Below the pieces are notes generated by a model that saw nothing but the letters and a program-made list of their open reading frames with translations, made no database searches and was not told the origin of the DNA. DNA of 63,877 nucleotides, the filler included, from an uncultured Myxococcia bacterium (lineage in GTDB: Bacteria; CAZTWC01), in the NCBI GenBank assembly GCA_964617105.1. It is 5 parts of 5 records of this genome, joined end to end, with 100 filler letters (N's around TTAATTAATTAA, not from the genome) between each part and the next. Parts side by side here need not be neighbours in the genome. Positions count along the whole stretch, not along the records: positions 27,762 to 41,507 come from CAZTWC010000078.1; 4 more parts are not named here. The stretch is one strand, 5' to 3'. Below, piece after piece: positions 29,567 to 39,801 of this stretch. The position numbers and the translations under genes are program-made. Position 1 is the stretch's first letter. Every line of letters starts with the position of its first letter.

Positions 29567-30385
29567 TTATAGCCTGTGTCCCCGCCAGCTCCTCATACCA
29601 GTGGTTACTCCCAGAATCGTGGCTACATGGTCGAATAGTTTGGAGGGCAGGACTGCTTTCAAAAGGGGAACGAATTTGACCATCAAAGGTTCCATAACAA
29701 ATTCTTTTTGTTCCTCAATGGCGGCGAATATTTTGTCCACCATTTCCTCTGGTGAAAGGATAGGGGTTAAAAAGGGGGTTTTTACTCCATCAAACATGCC
29801 GGTATCAATATAACTGGGGCAGACGATGGTAACTTTTATATTTTTATGACCGTCATTTTTTAATTCATTGCGAATAGTTTCGCTAAAACCAATAGCCGCC
29901 CACTTGCTGGCGCAATAGGGAGCCATCTTGGGAACGCCCATTAGTCCTGCGGCTGAAGCGATGGTAACGATCTGCCCCTTTCCGGTTTCTATCATTTGGG
30001 GCAAAAAGGCTTTTACTGTCCAAAAGTGGGCCAAGGTATTGACCTCCATCACTTTTTGCAAATCTTTATCGGGATATTCCATAAACGAGTGGCTATGCAC
30101 AATACCGGCATTGTTGATCAACAAATAGACCGGGCCGATTTTATCATTTACCTGTTTGGCCATTTCGTAAACTTTTGTACGGCGGGAGATATCGCAGGTA
30201 AAAGTTAAGGCCTCTGGTGAACCAGCGTTGAGCACTGCTTTTTTGGTTTCTTCCAACTTTTCTGGGTTAATATCCACCAGCACCAATTTGGCACCCATTT
30301 TGGCCAGTTTTATACTCAAAAGCCGCCCCATACCCATGGCGGCTCCGGTGACCAGAGCAGTACTACCCCAGATATTTTCTTTCAT
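29567..30385 (-). CDS. Short-chain dehydrogenase/reductase (17beta-HSD XI/retinol dehydrogenase-like)
   Basis: TGAAMGMG, NNAG and YCASK motifs. Confidence 0.93.
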   Translation of the reverse strand: MKENIWGSTALVTGAAMGMGRLLSIKLAKMGAKLVLVDINPEKLEETKKAVLNAGSPEALTFTCDISRRTKVYEMAKQVNDKIGPVYLLINNAGIVHSHSFMEYPDKDLQKVMEVNTLAHFWTVKAFLPQMIETGKGQIVTIASAAGLMGVPKMAPYCASKWAAIGFSETIRNELKNDGHKNIKVTIVCPSYIDTGMFDGVKTPFLTPILSPEEMVDKIFAAIEEQKEFVMEPLMVKFVPLLKAVLPSKLFDHVATILGVTTGMRSWRGHRL

Positions 30386-30587
30386 GGTTTATCTCCTATT
30401 TATGATAATTGTATTTACGGTATAATTGCTGACAATACTATATTATCAACACTGAATTGCAAGCAAAAAAGGTGATAAATACAATTGACCTGGAGAAAAT
30501 ATATATGATAGAATAACTGTATTTTAGAATATTCCTACCTTAACCAGTTTTCCTCTAAAAAGGGGCCGAACCAGGTAATTACCTTTC

Positions 30588-33500
30588 ATGTTCAGTAAAA
30601 TATGTCCAAAATGCCGAACTGAGGTCAATGACAGTCCCAAAAATAACTATTGTTCTTTTTGTGGAATAAAATTGGTGCCAACTGCCAACCGGTGTAAGGT
30701 TTGCGATTGTTATAACCCCACCGAATATTCCGATTGCCAGGATTGCGGCGCCAAATTGACCAGGATACAGATACCGCGCAAAGACGAGTTGAAAATATGC
30801 ACCATACTGTTTGCCGATATCAAGGGTTTTACCGCCATGTCGGAGAGTATGGAGCCCGAACAGGTGATGGCGGTTATCAGCAAATGTTTTATGTTGCTCA
30901 CCGATGAGATAAACCGTTATCACGGGTATGTGGATAAGTATATCGGTGATGCAATCATGGCGCTTTTTGGAGCGCCGATTGCCCGGGAAGATGATCCCCT
31001 CAATGCCGTAAGAGCGGCCCGGGCTATGCAGAAGGTGCTGAACCAATTTACCACCCATTTAGAGAAAAGCGGCTGGCAGCCGTTGAAGATGAGGATTGGC
31101 ATCAATACCGGCCAGGTGATCACCGGAATTATTAATCCCAACCGGCCTGACTCCTATACGGTAATGGGCGATTCGGTAAATCTGGCTGCTCGGCTGGAGC
31201 AAGCTTGTCCAATTGGCCAAATTTTGATCAGTCGCAATACTTTTCGGCAAACCGCTGATCTTTTCGATTTTACCCCTTTGCCGGCTATAAAAGTAAAGGG
31301 GAAAAAGTACCCTATAGATATTTATCAGGTTAACGGCGAAACTATTGGGGACCGGCTGGTTAAATCACGCCTGTTTGAGGGGATAGCCAAAAAAATTGTA
31401 GGAAGGGATCGGGAGATTGAGAAACTGGAGCAGATCTTATCTTTGGTTGAAGATCAAAAGAGGTTAAAACTAGCAGTAATCTCCGGCCCGCCGGGAATAG
31501 GAAAAACCGCTTTGCGGCAGGAGTTCGGAGAGCGTCAGATAAGGCAGGGAAAGAGATATAATGTTCTCTTTGGCCGCTGTAGCCAGCAGGAGGCTGGAAC
31601 TCCTTACTCCAATTTTAAGGATATGTTTCAATACTATTTTGATCTGCTCTCCACCACCGGTTCCGAGCAGGAAAGCCGGGAAAAAATTACTACCCAGGTC
31701 AAAGAACTTTTTCGACCTAAAGAAACCGGGGAGTTGGAGCAGGAAGAACAGGGGGAGAAAACTACCCTCGATTGGCAGGAAGAGGCAGAAGCTACCGCCC
31801 ATTTTTTAGGTTTTTTATTGGGGGTGAAATTTCCTCAATCAAAACATATCCCCCTGGAACCGGTTGATCCGCTTTATATTAAAAACCGGATATTCAAAGC
31901 GGTGACAGATTTTTTACTCCATATTTCCAGGCGGGAAACCGTAATTATTTACCTTGAAGATATCCAGTGGTCCAGCAATGAGAGCCTGGAGTTGCTCGGT
32001 CATATCCGTGAGAATTTATCGGAATCTCCTCTGTATATCATTAACCTGTCCAGGGATGAATTATTTGGCCGGAAACCCGAATGGGAAAAAGAGGACGAAG
32101 AAAATGGATTCTTTCGTATTTGCCTGGATTCCATGACATCGGACAGTTGCCGCCAATTGGTGAATCATCTGTTACAGAAAATGGACCAGGGCGTGAATGA
32201 CTCTTTGATGGACCTGATTCTTCAACGCAGTGACGGCAATCCTCTGTTTGTTGAAGAGATTATCAAGATGATGCTGGATAAAAAAGTAATCATCAAAAAG
32301 GAACAATTCTGGCACTTGAATGTGGATAAGTTTAAAAGGGTGGAGATTCCGGAAACCATCCAGAAACTATTTCAGGCCAGGCTCGATCACCTGGACCCGA
32401 GAGAAAAAGAATTTTTATTGAAGTCTTCCATTGTAGGCAAAGTATTTTGGCAAAGCCTTATTCATTCTCTGTATGAAGATGGATTTACCGATGAGTTGAC
32501 CGAGGCTATAAAAAATCTGCAGGACCGGGGCTATATTTCCCAAAAGAAAAACAGTTCTATAAAAGGAGAGATAGAATTTGTCTTTGTAAATAATAATTTC
32601 ATGGAAACCTGTTATCAAACTCTACCCAAGCGGAAGAGCAGGCCATTGCACCTGTTGGTGGCCCATTGGCTGGACGAACAGGTAAATAGCGGGGCTTTTC
32701 AAAATATCTATTCTTTGGCCGAGCATTACTCGGTAGGAGGAAATCTGGATCGGGCTTTTATCTACTTTGCCAGTGCCGGCATGGATTTTAAAAATCTCTA
32801 TGCCAATCACCGGGCCAAGGAGTGCTTCCACCGGGCTTTAGCACTGGAGGCGGTTGATGACCCCTTGCTGCAAGGCACAAAAGTGGGTGAACAAATTGTC
32901 GCCACTAATACCCAACGGATCAACGTGTTTATCAACCTGGCCGATCTTCAGATTCTAACCGGCAATCTTGAGGCAGCCCTGGAAAATATTCTTAAGGCAA
33001 AAGAGATTCACCGGCAAGAGTACAGTCAGGAAAAGGGTCAGAATAGTGCTGATGAGCAAATGGATCCCAAACAGGTAGAGGAATACGCTACCATTCTCCT
33101 GCATATGCATAATTGGTATAGCAAAAATAATGATTACCTTAAAGCGAAAGAGATTAGCCAGCAGGCAATCAACCTTTTACAAAAAATATCCCCTGGTATA
33201 ACCCTGTTGCGTTTTTATAACCTGGCCATTATGAACTATTCAGAATCGGGTCAGGTTCAGGAGGCCCTGGATTATGCCAAGCAGGCTCAGGAGTTAATCG
33301 GCCGCCTTGGAGACAAGACCGACAGTTTGGAATATCAATGTGAATTTTACCACTATATCTCCTGGGTTTTAACCAGAATGGGACGATTCGAGGAGAGCCA
33401 GGGACAGGTAAATCGGTGCTTGAAATTGGCTAAAAGGATCAATAATGAATATCATCAGGCCCGGGCTTACAGTAGCAAAGGGGCTTCCCATTACTACCTG

Positions 33501-34118
33501 GGCCAAGTGGATCAGGCCCTGAATAGTTGGGGTGAGGCAGCCAGTTTATATCGAAAGATGGGTTACATGAACTTGCTCTTTCAAACTGAGTATAGTATGG
33601 GCGAATTATATTTTGCCTGTAGTCAATATGACCAGTCCATGGATTATCTGGACGGTGCAGAAAAGTATTTCTTGGATAAACGCTATACCACTAATATCAG
33701 TGATATTTACCGGTTGAAAGGCGAGAACTACCTGGGGCTCAATCAGGTTGATAAGGCAGAACTATATGCCTCAAAGGCCCTGGATACTGTGGGTGAGACT
33801 ATTAACCACCAGGGACATGCCAATCGGGCGATGGGTAGGGTAATGACGGCAAAATGTTCCCAAACCATTGATGCCGGGCAGGAGGAAAGAGCAGAACAAT
33901 ATCTGCTAAAAGCCATACAACTGTTTAAAAAGGCCAACCAGGTGGGCGAGATGGGGATAGCTTATCGTGATTATGCCCTGTTTTTGCGGGAGATAAAAAA
34001 AGATAACAGCGGCTATGAAAAATATTTCCTTCGAGCCAAAGAGATATTCACCCGTTTAAATATGTCGCTGGAAATAAAAAAAATGGCGGAATTAATTGGT
34101 GAAGGTAAAGCGCGATGA
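30588..34118 (+). CDS. Class III adenylate/guanylate cyclase with double zinc ribbon, AAA/STAND ATPase and TPR domains
   Basis: Four CxxC pairs; ILFADIKGFT, DKYIGDA and GDSVNLAARLE motifs; Walker A GPPGIGKT; helical repeats. Confidence 0.92.
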   Translation: MFSKICPKCRTEVNDSPKNNYCSFCGIKLVPTANRCKVCDCYNPTEYSDCQDCGAKLTRIQIPRKDELKICTILFADIKGFTAMSESMEPEQVMAVISKCFMLLTDEINRYHGYVDKYIGDAIMALFGAPIAREDDPLNAVRAARAMQKVLNQFTTHLEKSGWQPLKMRIGINTGQVITGIINPNRPDSYTVMGDSVNLAARLEQACPIGQILISRNTFRQTADLFDFTPLPAIKVKGKKYPIDIYQVNGETIGDRLVKSRLFEGIAKKIVGRDREIEKLEQILSLVEDQKRLKLAVISGPPGIGKTALRQEFGERQIRQGKRYNVLFGRCSQQEAGTPYSNFKDMFQYYFDLLSTTGSEQESREKITTQVKELFRPKETGELEQEEQGEKTTLDWQEEAEATAHFLGFLLGVKFPQSKHIPLEPVDPLYIKNRIFKAVTDFLLHISRRETVIIYLEDIQWSSNESLELLGHIRENLSESPLYIINLSRDELFGRKPEWEKEDEENGFFRICLDSMTSDSCRQLVNHLLQKMDQGVNDSLMDLILQRSDGNPLFVEEIIKMMLDKKVIIKKEQFWHLNVDKFKRVEIPETIQKLFQARLDHLDPREKEFLLKSSIVGKVFWQSLIHSLYEDGFTDELTEAIKNLQDRGYISQKKNSSIKGEIEFVFVNNNFMETCYQTLPKRKSRPLHLLVAHWLDEQVNSGAFQNIYSLAEHYSVGGNLDRAFIYFASAGMDFKNLYANHRAKECFHRALALEAVDDPLLQGTKVGEQIVATNTQRINVFINLADLQILTGNLEAALENILKAKEIHRQEYSQEKGQNSADEQMDPKQVEEYATILLHMHNWYSKNNDYLKAKEISQQAINLLQKISPGITLLRFYNLAIMNYSESGQVQEALDYAKQAQELIGRLGDKTDSLEYQCEFYHYISWVLTRMGRFEESQGQVNRCLKLAKRINNEYHQARAYSSKGASHYYLGQVDQALNSWGEAASLYRKMGYMNLLFQTEYSMGELYFACSQYDQSMDYLDGAEKYFLDKRYTTNISDIYRLKGENYLGLNQVDKAELYASKALDTVGETINHQGHANRAMGRVMTAKCSQTIDAGQEERAEQYLLKAIQLFKKANQVGEMGIAYRDYALFLREIKKDNSGYEKYFLRAKEIFTRLNMSLEIKKMAELIGEGKAR

Positions 34119-34882
34119 CTATAAAAAGTAGTAATAAAGACAGAGAGACAACCATAAAATGGATCCTCTTCTGGGTGGTGTGTTTGGAGGTTTTTATCAC
34201 TGTCAGTACTTTAATTTATCAGCAGGATGAACGGAAATACCATGAAACTCCGATTTCGGAAAAGATGGCCAGCCACTACATGGATCATCCCGATAAACTT
34301 GAGGATAACATGCGGGTGGCGGTGCGAACCAGTTATACGGATCAGAAAAAGAATTATCTATTGGTAAAAGACCACACGGTTTTCCATCCCTTTCCCTGGA
34401 AAGGGTGGGCGCTGTTATCCATAGGCTCACCTCTGGGGCTCTTTTTTTTGGCGGTGCTGATTGCCAAAGCCTACTATCAAATTGTGGATCACAATGAAGT
34501 CCCTGAGGAAAATATTAATGATGGCAGCAATTGGATAATGGCTCTCAACACTCTAAACAAGGTCAATGTGGTATGGCTGATGCTGGTTGTCATCGTGGTG
34601 TTGTTTACGGTGTGGTACATACCAGAAGCGATTAAATATATGGGCAGTATAACCGGTGAATGGATAGAACGCTATTGGGTGTTTCCCTCTGTGGTATTGG
34701 GAGTGCTGTTAATGGTTTTTTTGTTATGGATGTTGCTGCAATACAAGTTGAAAAGCAAAGCACTCAATATTGAGGTGGAGAAATTTAAATATATGCAACT
34801 GGAACAGCAGACCAAAACTCTGCTATTGCAGGAAGGCCCCAGGGATTCCCAGACAGATGAGAAAGATGAGAAAGATGAGTAA
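34115..34882 (+). CDS. Hypothetical membrane protein (~4 TM)
   Basis: ATGA overlap with the cyclase gene; hydrophobic segments. Confidence 0.75.
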   Translation: MTIKSSNKDRETTIKWILFWVVCLEVFITVSTLIYQQDERKYHETPISEKMASHYMDHPDKLEDNMRVAVRTSYTDQKKNYLLVKDHTVFHPFPWKGWALLSIGSPLGLFFLAVLIAKAYYQIVDHNEVPEENINDGSNWIMALNTLNKVNVVWLMLVVIVVLFTVWYIPEAIKYMGSITGEWIERYWVFPSVVLGVLLMVFLLWMLLQYKLKSKALNIEVEKFKYMQLEQQTKTLLLQEGPRDSQTDEKDEKDE

Positions 34883-34887
34883 ACAGA

Positions 34888-35424
34888 TTGACTAAGAGTA
34901 AACCACCCTGGCAGCGGGGTTATATTCAGGTCTATACCGGAAACGGCAAGGGAAAAACCTCGGCAGCTCTGGGATTGGCTCTTAGAGCGGTGGGCGCAGG
35001 ATTGAAAGTATATATCGCCCAGTTTGTCAAAGGGATGAAATACTCTGAATTAGAGGCCTTAAAGCGATTTCCGGAGATAACTCTGGAACAGTTCGGACGG
35101 GAATGTTTTATCCATCAGCAGCCGCAGGAGGAAGATATAGCCATAGCCCGTCGGGGATTGAACCGGGTAAAAGAGGTGCTGGCCTCTGGCCGCTATCACC
35201 TGGTGATCCTGGACGAAGCCAATATCGCCACTTATTTCCAACTCTTTTCAGTGGATGAATTACTTCAGGTCTTAAAGCAAAAACCTTTGGAGGTGGAACT
35301 GGTTATTACCGGACGTTATGCCGATCAAAAGGTGGTTGAAAAAGCCGACCTGGTGACAGAAATGGAAGAGGTCAAACACTATTATCTTAAGGGTGTTCAG
35401 GCCAGATCAGGGATTGAGAAGTAG
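34888..35424 (+). CDS. cobO: Cob(I)yrinic acid a,c-diamide adenosyltransferase
   Basis: QVYTGNGKGKT, ILDE, ELVITGR and ADLVTEM..VKHY motifs. Confidence 0.93.
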   Translation: MTKSKPPWQRGYIQVYTGNGKGKTSAALGLALRAVGAGLKVYIAQFVKGMKYSELEALKRFPEITLEQFGRECFIHQQPQEEDIAIARRGLNRVKEVLASGRYHLVILDEANIATYFQLFSVDELLQVLKQKPLEVELVITGRYADQKVVEKADLVTEMEEVKHYYLKGVQARSGIEK

Positions 35425-36211
35425 AGAAAAATCGACCTACCTGATCAGGAGCATGGCTGTCTGAACCCAATAATATCCCCACTTTTTTCTTTAGTATTTG
35501 CTGCAGTATGGCATTGCAGGGGTACTGTTCCTGGCGGTGAATAAAGCCGGAGGTGTTTATTTCGACCATTATCCCCCTGGTGACGATTTTATCCAGTATT
35601 TTTTCTACCAACTTCCAAATCTCCAGGGTGATTTGGCTTTCTTGGTTCATATTTAAGGGCAAAGACTTGCCTATAATGTCCAAATGGCAGAGAAAATCGG
35701 GTTTAATCACCTCAATCCCTTCCAGGAGGGCTTGATAATAGTTTTTAGCCAGGTCTAAATGATCCTGCTGGCAGAGTATCTCTTTTCTTTCTGGGTGATT
35801 GCAACAGACATTGAGATCAAAGGGCTTTGCCGGAATATAGTGGTAAGAGAGGGCAATAGCATCCCATGGTCTGGAGTTGATGATCTCTCTAAGATAGGGG
35901 TGATTATCAGGACTGCGGTTATATCCCACCTCCAGGCCCAGTCCGATTTTTACCAGATGCCCATATTTATCTTGTAGTCGGCATCCCTCTTTAAAGTATA
36001 GGGAAAATTCTGGTGTATTCAGCCAGTTTTTCCGGTGATAATTTACCCCTGATTCCAGGTGAGCCAAAAACAGCACCTGGGTTAATCCTTTAGTTATGGC
36101 AGCCTGGATATAGTTCTCCATCTCTCCTTTAGCATGCCCGCAAAACTTTGTATGCAGGTGGCAGTCTGCCTTAACCAGTTTTTCCGGTTTGTTGGGCCAG
36201 GTTAATTTCAT
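35387..36211 (-). CDS. PHP-family histidinol-phosphatase (HisJ-like)
   Basis: DCHLHT..CGHA, EINTSG and GSDSHAP motifs. Confidence 0.88.
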   Translation of the reverse strand: MKLTWPNKPEKLVKADCHLHTKFCGHAKGEMENYIQAAITKGLTQVLFLAHLESGVNYHRKNWLNTPEFSLYFKEGCRLQDKYGHLVKIGLGLEVGYNRSPDNHPYLREIINSRPWDAIALSYHYIPAKPFDLNVCCNHPERKEILCQQDHLDLAKNYYQALLEGIEVIKPDFLCHLDIIGKSLPLNMNQESQITLEIWKLVEKILDKIVTRGIMVEINTSGFIHRQEQYPCNAILQQILKKKVGILLGSDSHAPDQVGRFFSTSQSLIWPEHP

Positions 36212-37668
36212 AGGGTTTCAACTTTTTGATTGAACTCTTCTATTAGCTGGTCTAATTGGGGGGCAATACCGAATAACTGTTCCCAGAAATCGGGATCCCA
36301 CAGTTGGTTCAGTTCTTCAACCCTTTTGCCTTGCTGTTCTACCCAGGTAAAGTATTTCAGATTGTGCAACTTCTTTTGGTCATAGTAATTCAACTCCTGC
36401 AGATGGTCGGTGCCAGTTCCCATCAGGTAGCGCTCATAGCATCTTAAAGATTGCTCTGAACTGTAGTTGCCAAGGTTGTCGTTCATCTCGTTAATCCGCG
36501 ATTTGTACATATCTGCGGAATCGGTAAACACGGTAAAGATAATATCTTTTTGGTTGAATTCAAAATATTTTGCCAATTTGATAGAGGTTAACAGGTTGCA
36601 GATACTGGAGATACCCATTAAAGGAAGTTGCTCAACCAGTTTGGCATCCAAACCCATCTCCTCTTTAAGAGTTTTTTGCCCCGCATCTTCGTTGAATAAC
36701 CTCAATATTTCCATGCAGTCCTGGTCATCTATTGCCACCACCATATCGGTATTGCGCAGGTTGTGGATCCAGGGGATATGTTTATCGCCTATCCCTTCGA
36801 TTCGGTGTCCGCCAAACCCGTTTAACAACAGGGTAGGGCACTGTAAGGCTTCAGAAACAGCCACCTTTAGATGGGGAAACTGGGTACGAAGATAATCACC
36901 ACAGGCCACAGTGCCGGCGGATCCAGTGGCAGAGACAAAAGCAGAAAATCTTCCCGGCCGGTCGTCAGAGGTCAGGTCATAAAAGAGTTCCTCCATGGCG
37001 CTGCCGGTAACCTGGTAATGCCAGAGGGCGTTGCCAAACTCCTCAAATTGGTTGAAGATAACGCAATCTGACCTGGTATCCTTGATCTCCCAGCATTTGT
37101 CGTAGATCTCCTTGACATTGCTTTCGCAACCCGGGGTGGCAATAACTTCAGCGCCAATACTTTTAAGCCATTCAAATCTCTCCCGGCTCATCTCTTCCGG
37201 CAGGATAGCCACCGATGGGGTGGACAGTAGCGCGCAATCAAAGGCTCCTCCCCGGCAGTAATTACCTGTTGATGGCCAGACCGCTTTTTGGTTGGCAGAA
37301 TCGAATTGCCCGGTAACCAGCCGGGGCACCAGGCATCCGTATGCTGCTCCCACTTTATGGGCACCAGTGGGAAACCATTTGCCGGTTAGTCCGATAATCC
37401 GGCAGGGTACACCGCTTAACTCCGAAGGGATCTCCAGGTAATTTACTCCGGCAAACAGCCCGCTGTCAGCATGGTTTTTCCAGGTGATTCGAAATAGGTT
37501 TAAAGGGTTTATGTCCCAAAGGCCCACTTCCGGCAGTTTGGCCTTAATGGATTCGGGGATTTTGGTTGGATCTTTTTGCTGGGCCAAAGTCGGCAAAACA
37601 ATGTTGGCATCCTGGCAGCGTTTGAGGTTGCGTTCCAGAACTGGTGGGTTTATTTCTAGTGAGATCAT
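36208..37668 (-). CDS. PLP-dependent fold-type II enzyme (beta family)
   Basis: FPTGAHKVGA, WPSTGNYCRGG and SATGSAGT motifs. Confidence 0.88.
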   Translation of the reverse strand: MISLEINPPVLERNLKRCQDANIVLPTLAQQKDPTKIPESIKAKLPEVGLWDINPLNLFRITWKNHADSGLFAGVNYLEIPSELSGVPCRIIGLTGKWFPTGAHKVGAAYGCLVPRLVTGQFDSANQKAVWPSTGNYCRGGAFDCALLSTPSVAILPEEMSRERFEWLKSIGAEVIATPGCESNVKEIYDKCWEIKDTRSDCVIFNQFEEFGNALWHYQVTGSAMEELFYDLTSDDRPGRFSAFVSATGSAGTVACGDYLRTQFPHLKVAVSEALQCPTLLLNGFGGHRIEGIGDKHIPWIHNLRNTDMVVAIDDQDCMEILRLFNEDAGQKTLKEEMGLDAKLVEQLPLMGISSICNLLTSIKLAKYFEFNQKDIIFTVFTDSADMYKSRINEMNDNLGNYSSEQSLRCYERYLMGTGTDHLQELNYYDQKKLHNLKYFTWVEQQGKRVEELNQLWDPDFWEQLFGIAPQLDQLIEEFNQKVETL

Positions 37669-37675
37669 TTTTTAT

Positions 37676-37999
37676 TTACTTCCCTGTAGTATTTTGGCTT
37701 ATCCATTCCAGATAAAGTGAGTTTCCTTGTTTTATATCCAGGGAGATCACTTCCGGCACTTCATAGGGATGTATTTTTCGTATTTCCCGCCGAATAGAGG
37801 CAAATAGGGCTTCCCGGGTTTTTACCATCAGGAGCACCTCTTCTTCCTGGCAGATTTTTTCTTGCCACCTATAGATAGATTTGATGGCCGGGACAATATT
37901 TACACACGCCGCTAAATGGTTTTCTACTAGATGGTTAGCGATATCTTGCCCCTTCTCGTCATTGGGCGCTGTGATTAGGACCACAATATATTTATCCAT
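37676..37999 (-). CDS. cutA: Divalent-cation tolerance protein CutA
   Basis: LAACVNI.P.I.SIYRW...HPYEVPE motif. Confidence 0.95.
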   Translation of the reverse strand: MDKYIVVLITAPNDEKGQDIANHLVENHLAACVNIVPAIKSIYRWQEKICQEEEVLLMVKTREALFASIRREIRKIHPYEVPEVISLDIKQGNSLYLEWISQNTTGK

Positions 38000-38224
38000 T
38001 ATTACCCCCTAAATTTTATCTAAATCTCGAAAACTACTTAAATAGAGTTTTCGTCCGGATATTAACTATACAAGATTGTATTTTGAATTGCAATAGATGT
38101 AAATTAGAGTTCTATTTCGGAGTGAAATTAGTTGACTTTTACTGGTAATTTTGTTAAATATAAAAATGTTTTTCTGCAATAAAAAAAACAAAAATATCAG
38201 GTAATACACAAAGGGTTTGTAACC

Positions 38225-38731
38225 ATGGAAGAAGTAATAATTAAGCGGATGAAAGGTGTCCAGGTTGAAGTCTTTCATCGAATGGATAAAGTGGTGGTAA
38301 TGGTAAGCGGCTCTTTTGATGAATACTGCAATTTTGACGATGTTGATCTCGATATCCAGATGAAGGTAGATGTCAATTTGAAAAATGTGACCTTCATTAA
38401 TTCACCAGGGGTTAGAAACTGGATCAATTTTATTCATGATGTTAGCCTGTCAAGAGAAGTTACTTTTGTGGAATGCCCAACCATTGTTATGGAACAATTT
38501 TTTATGATCTACGACTTTGGAGGTAAAGGGGAAATTAAAACTTTCTATGTTCCTTACTATTGCTCCAAGTGCGATGAAAGTAGCGAAATATTAGTGTTAT
38601 CAGAAGATTATCTGAAAGAGAAAATAGATTTGGAAGATATGGGTGTAAAATGTAGCAAGTGTAACGAACCCATGGAGATCGAGGAAGAAATCGATAAATA
38701 TGAAATGTTATTTGAAGAGGTTAATATTTAA
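38225..38731 (+). CDS. STAS-like domain protein with C-terminal zinc ribbon
   Basis: L.NVTFINSPGVRNW motif; two CSKC motifs. Confidence 0.75.
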   Translation: MEEVIIKRMKGVQVEVFHRMDKVVVMVSGSFDEYCNFDDVDLDIQMKVDVNLKNVTFINSPGVRNWINFIHDVSLSREVTFVECPTIVMEQFFMIYDFGGKGEIKTFYVPYYCSKCDESSEILVLSEDYLKEKIDLEDMGVKCSKCNEPMEIEEEIDKYEMLFEEVNI

Positions 38732-38897
38732 CTAATTCCTGAACGGCAACTAACTAGTTCCCGGGCCTCCAACAATAGATAACGCTCCTTTGGAATCTCA
38801 TCTTAAGAATCCCGCCTTTTCATAAAAGTTTTGGAAATAAACTTCCTTTCGAATTTTAGAAGCCACAAATATTTTTTACCATCAGGGAGACAACCAG

Positions 38898-39728
38898 GTG
38901 ACATTAAACAATAGTATTCTAGGCATAATTGGTTCTGGTAATATTGGTGCTGCTATTGCCAAGGGTTTAATCAACGCAGATATAATGCATCCTACCCGGA
39001 TTTGGCTGGCTGATGTGAGGACCAAGCACCTGCAAGGATTGGGCGATAAGTTGGGAGTGAACATTACTGCTGACAATAGAGAGGTGGCCCAAAAGTCTGA
39101 TATTTTAATAGTGGCTGTAAAACCGCAGATAATTCATCGAGTTTTACAAGAGATTTCTGATATAATAGATGACGGCAAGTTAGTTATATCGGTTGCTGCT
39201 GGAGTGAGTTCACAAGATCTGGAAAGGATATTGGGAAAAGATGTCAGAGTAATCAGGACTATGCCCAATACACCTCTTTTAGTGCAGCACGGATGTACTG
39301 CTTTGGCAATAGGAGGTCATGCTGAGGAGGAGGATCTGGCCAGGGCTCGGGCTATATTTGATTCAGTAGGTAAGACTTACCTGGTGGATGAGTCGTTGAT
39401 GGATGCGGTTACCGGCTTGTCGGGTTCTGGTCCATCTTATGTGTTTTTGATTATAGACGCCTTAGCTGACGCGGGAGTAAAAGTTGGGCTTCCCCGCTAC
39501 CTGTCTCTGGAGATGGCGGCGGAAACAGTATTGGGTTCGGTTAAACTGCTGATAGAAACACGTCAGCATCCTGGAGTATTAAAAGATATGGTTACCTCGC
39601 CTGGTGGTACTGCCATTACCGGTCTGCATACCCTGGAGGACGGAGGGTTGAGGACTACCATTATAAATGCGGTGGAGGCTGCAACCAACCGCTCTGAAGT
39701 ATTAGGTAAGAAATTTAGCTCAACCTGA
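38898..39728 (+). CDS. proC: Pyrroline-5-carboxylate reductase
   Basis: GSGNIG, RTMPNTP, TGLSGSGP and VTSPGGT motifs. Confidence 0.96.
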   Translation: MTLNNSILGIIGSGNIGAAIAKGLINADIMHPTRIWLADVRTKHLQGLGDKLGVNITADNREVAQKSDILIVAVKPQIIHRVLQEISDIIDDGKLVISVAAGVSSQDLERILGKDVRVIRTMPNTPLLVQHGCTALAIGGHAEEEDLARARAIFDSVGKTYLVDESLMDAVTGLSGSGPSYVFLIIDALADAGVKVGLPRYLSLEMAAETVLGSVKLLIETRQHPGVLKDMVTSPGGTAITGLHTLEDGGLRTTIINAVEAATNRSEVLGKKFSST

Positions 39729-39801
39729 ATGAACAACAAACCATCAAATCACCAAATCATCACTTAATGGTATATTGGTCGGATAATAAAGGGATTATTG
39801 T

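Noticed and set aside
35387-35424. 38-bp convergent overlap of cobO and the PHP gene
   Set aside because: Short convergent overlaps are common and both genes look intact.
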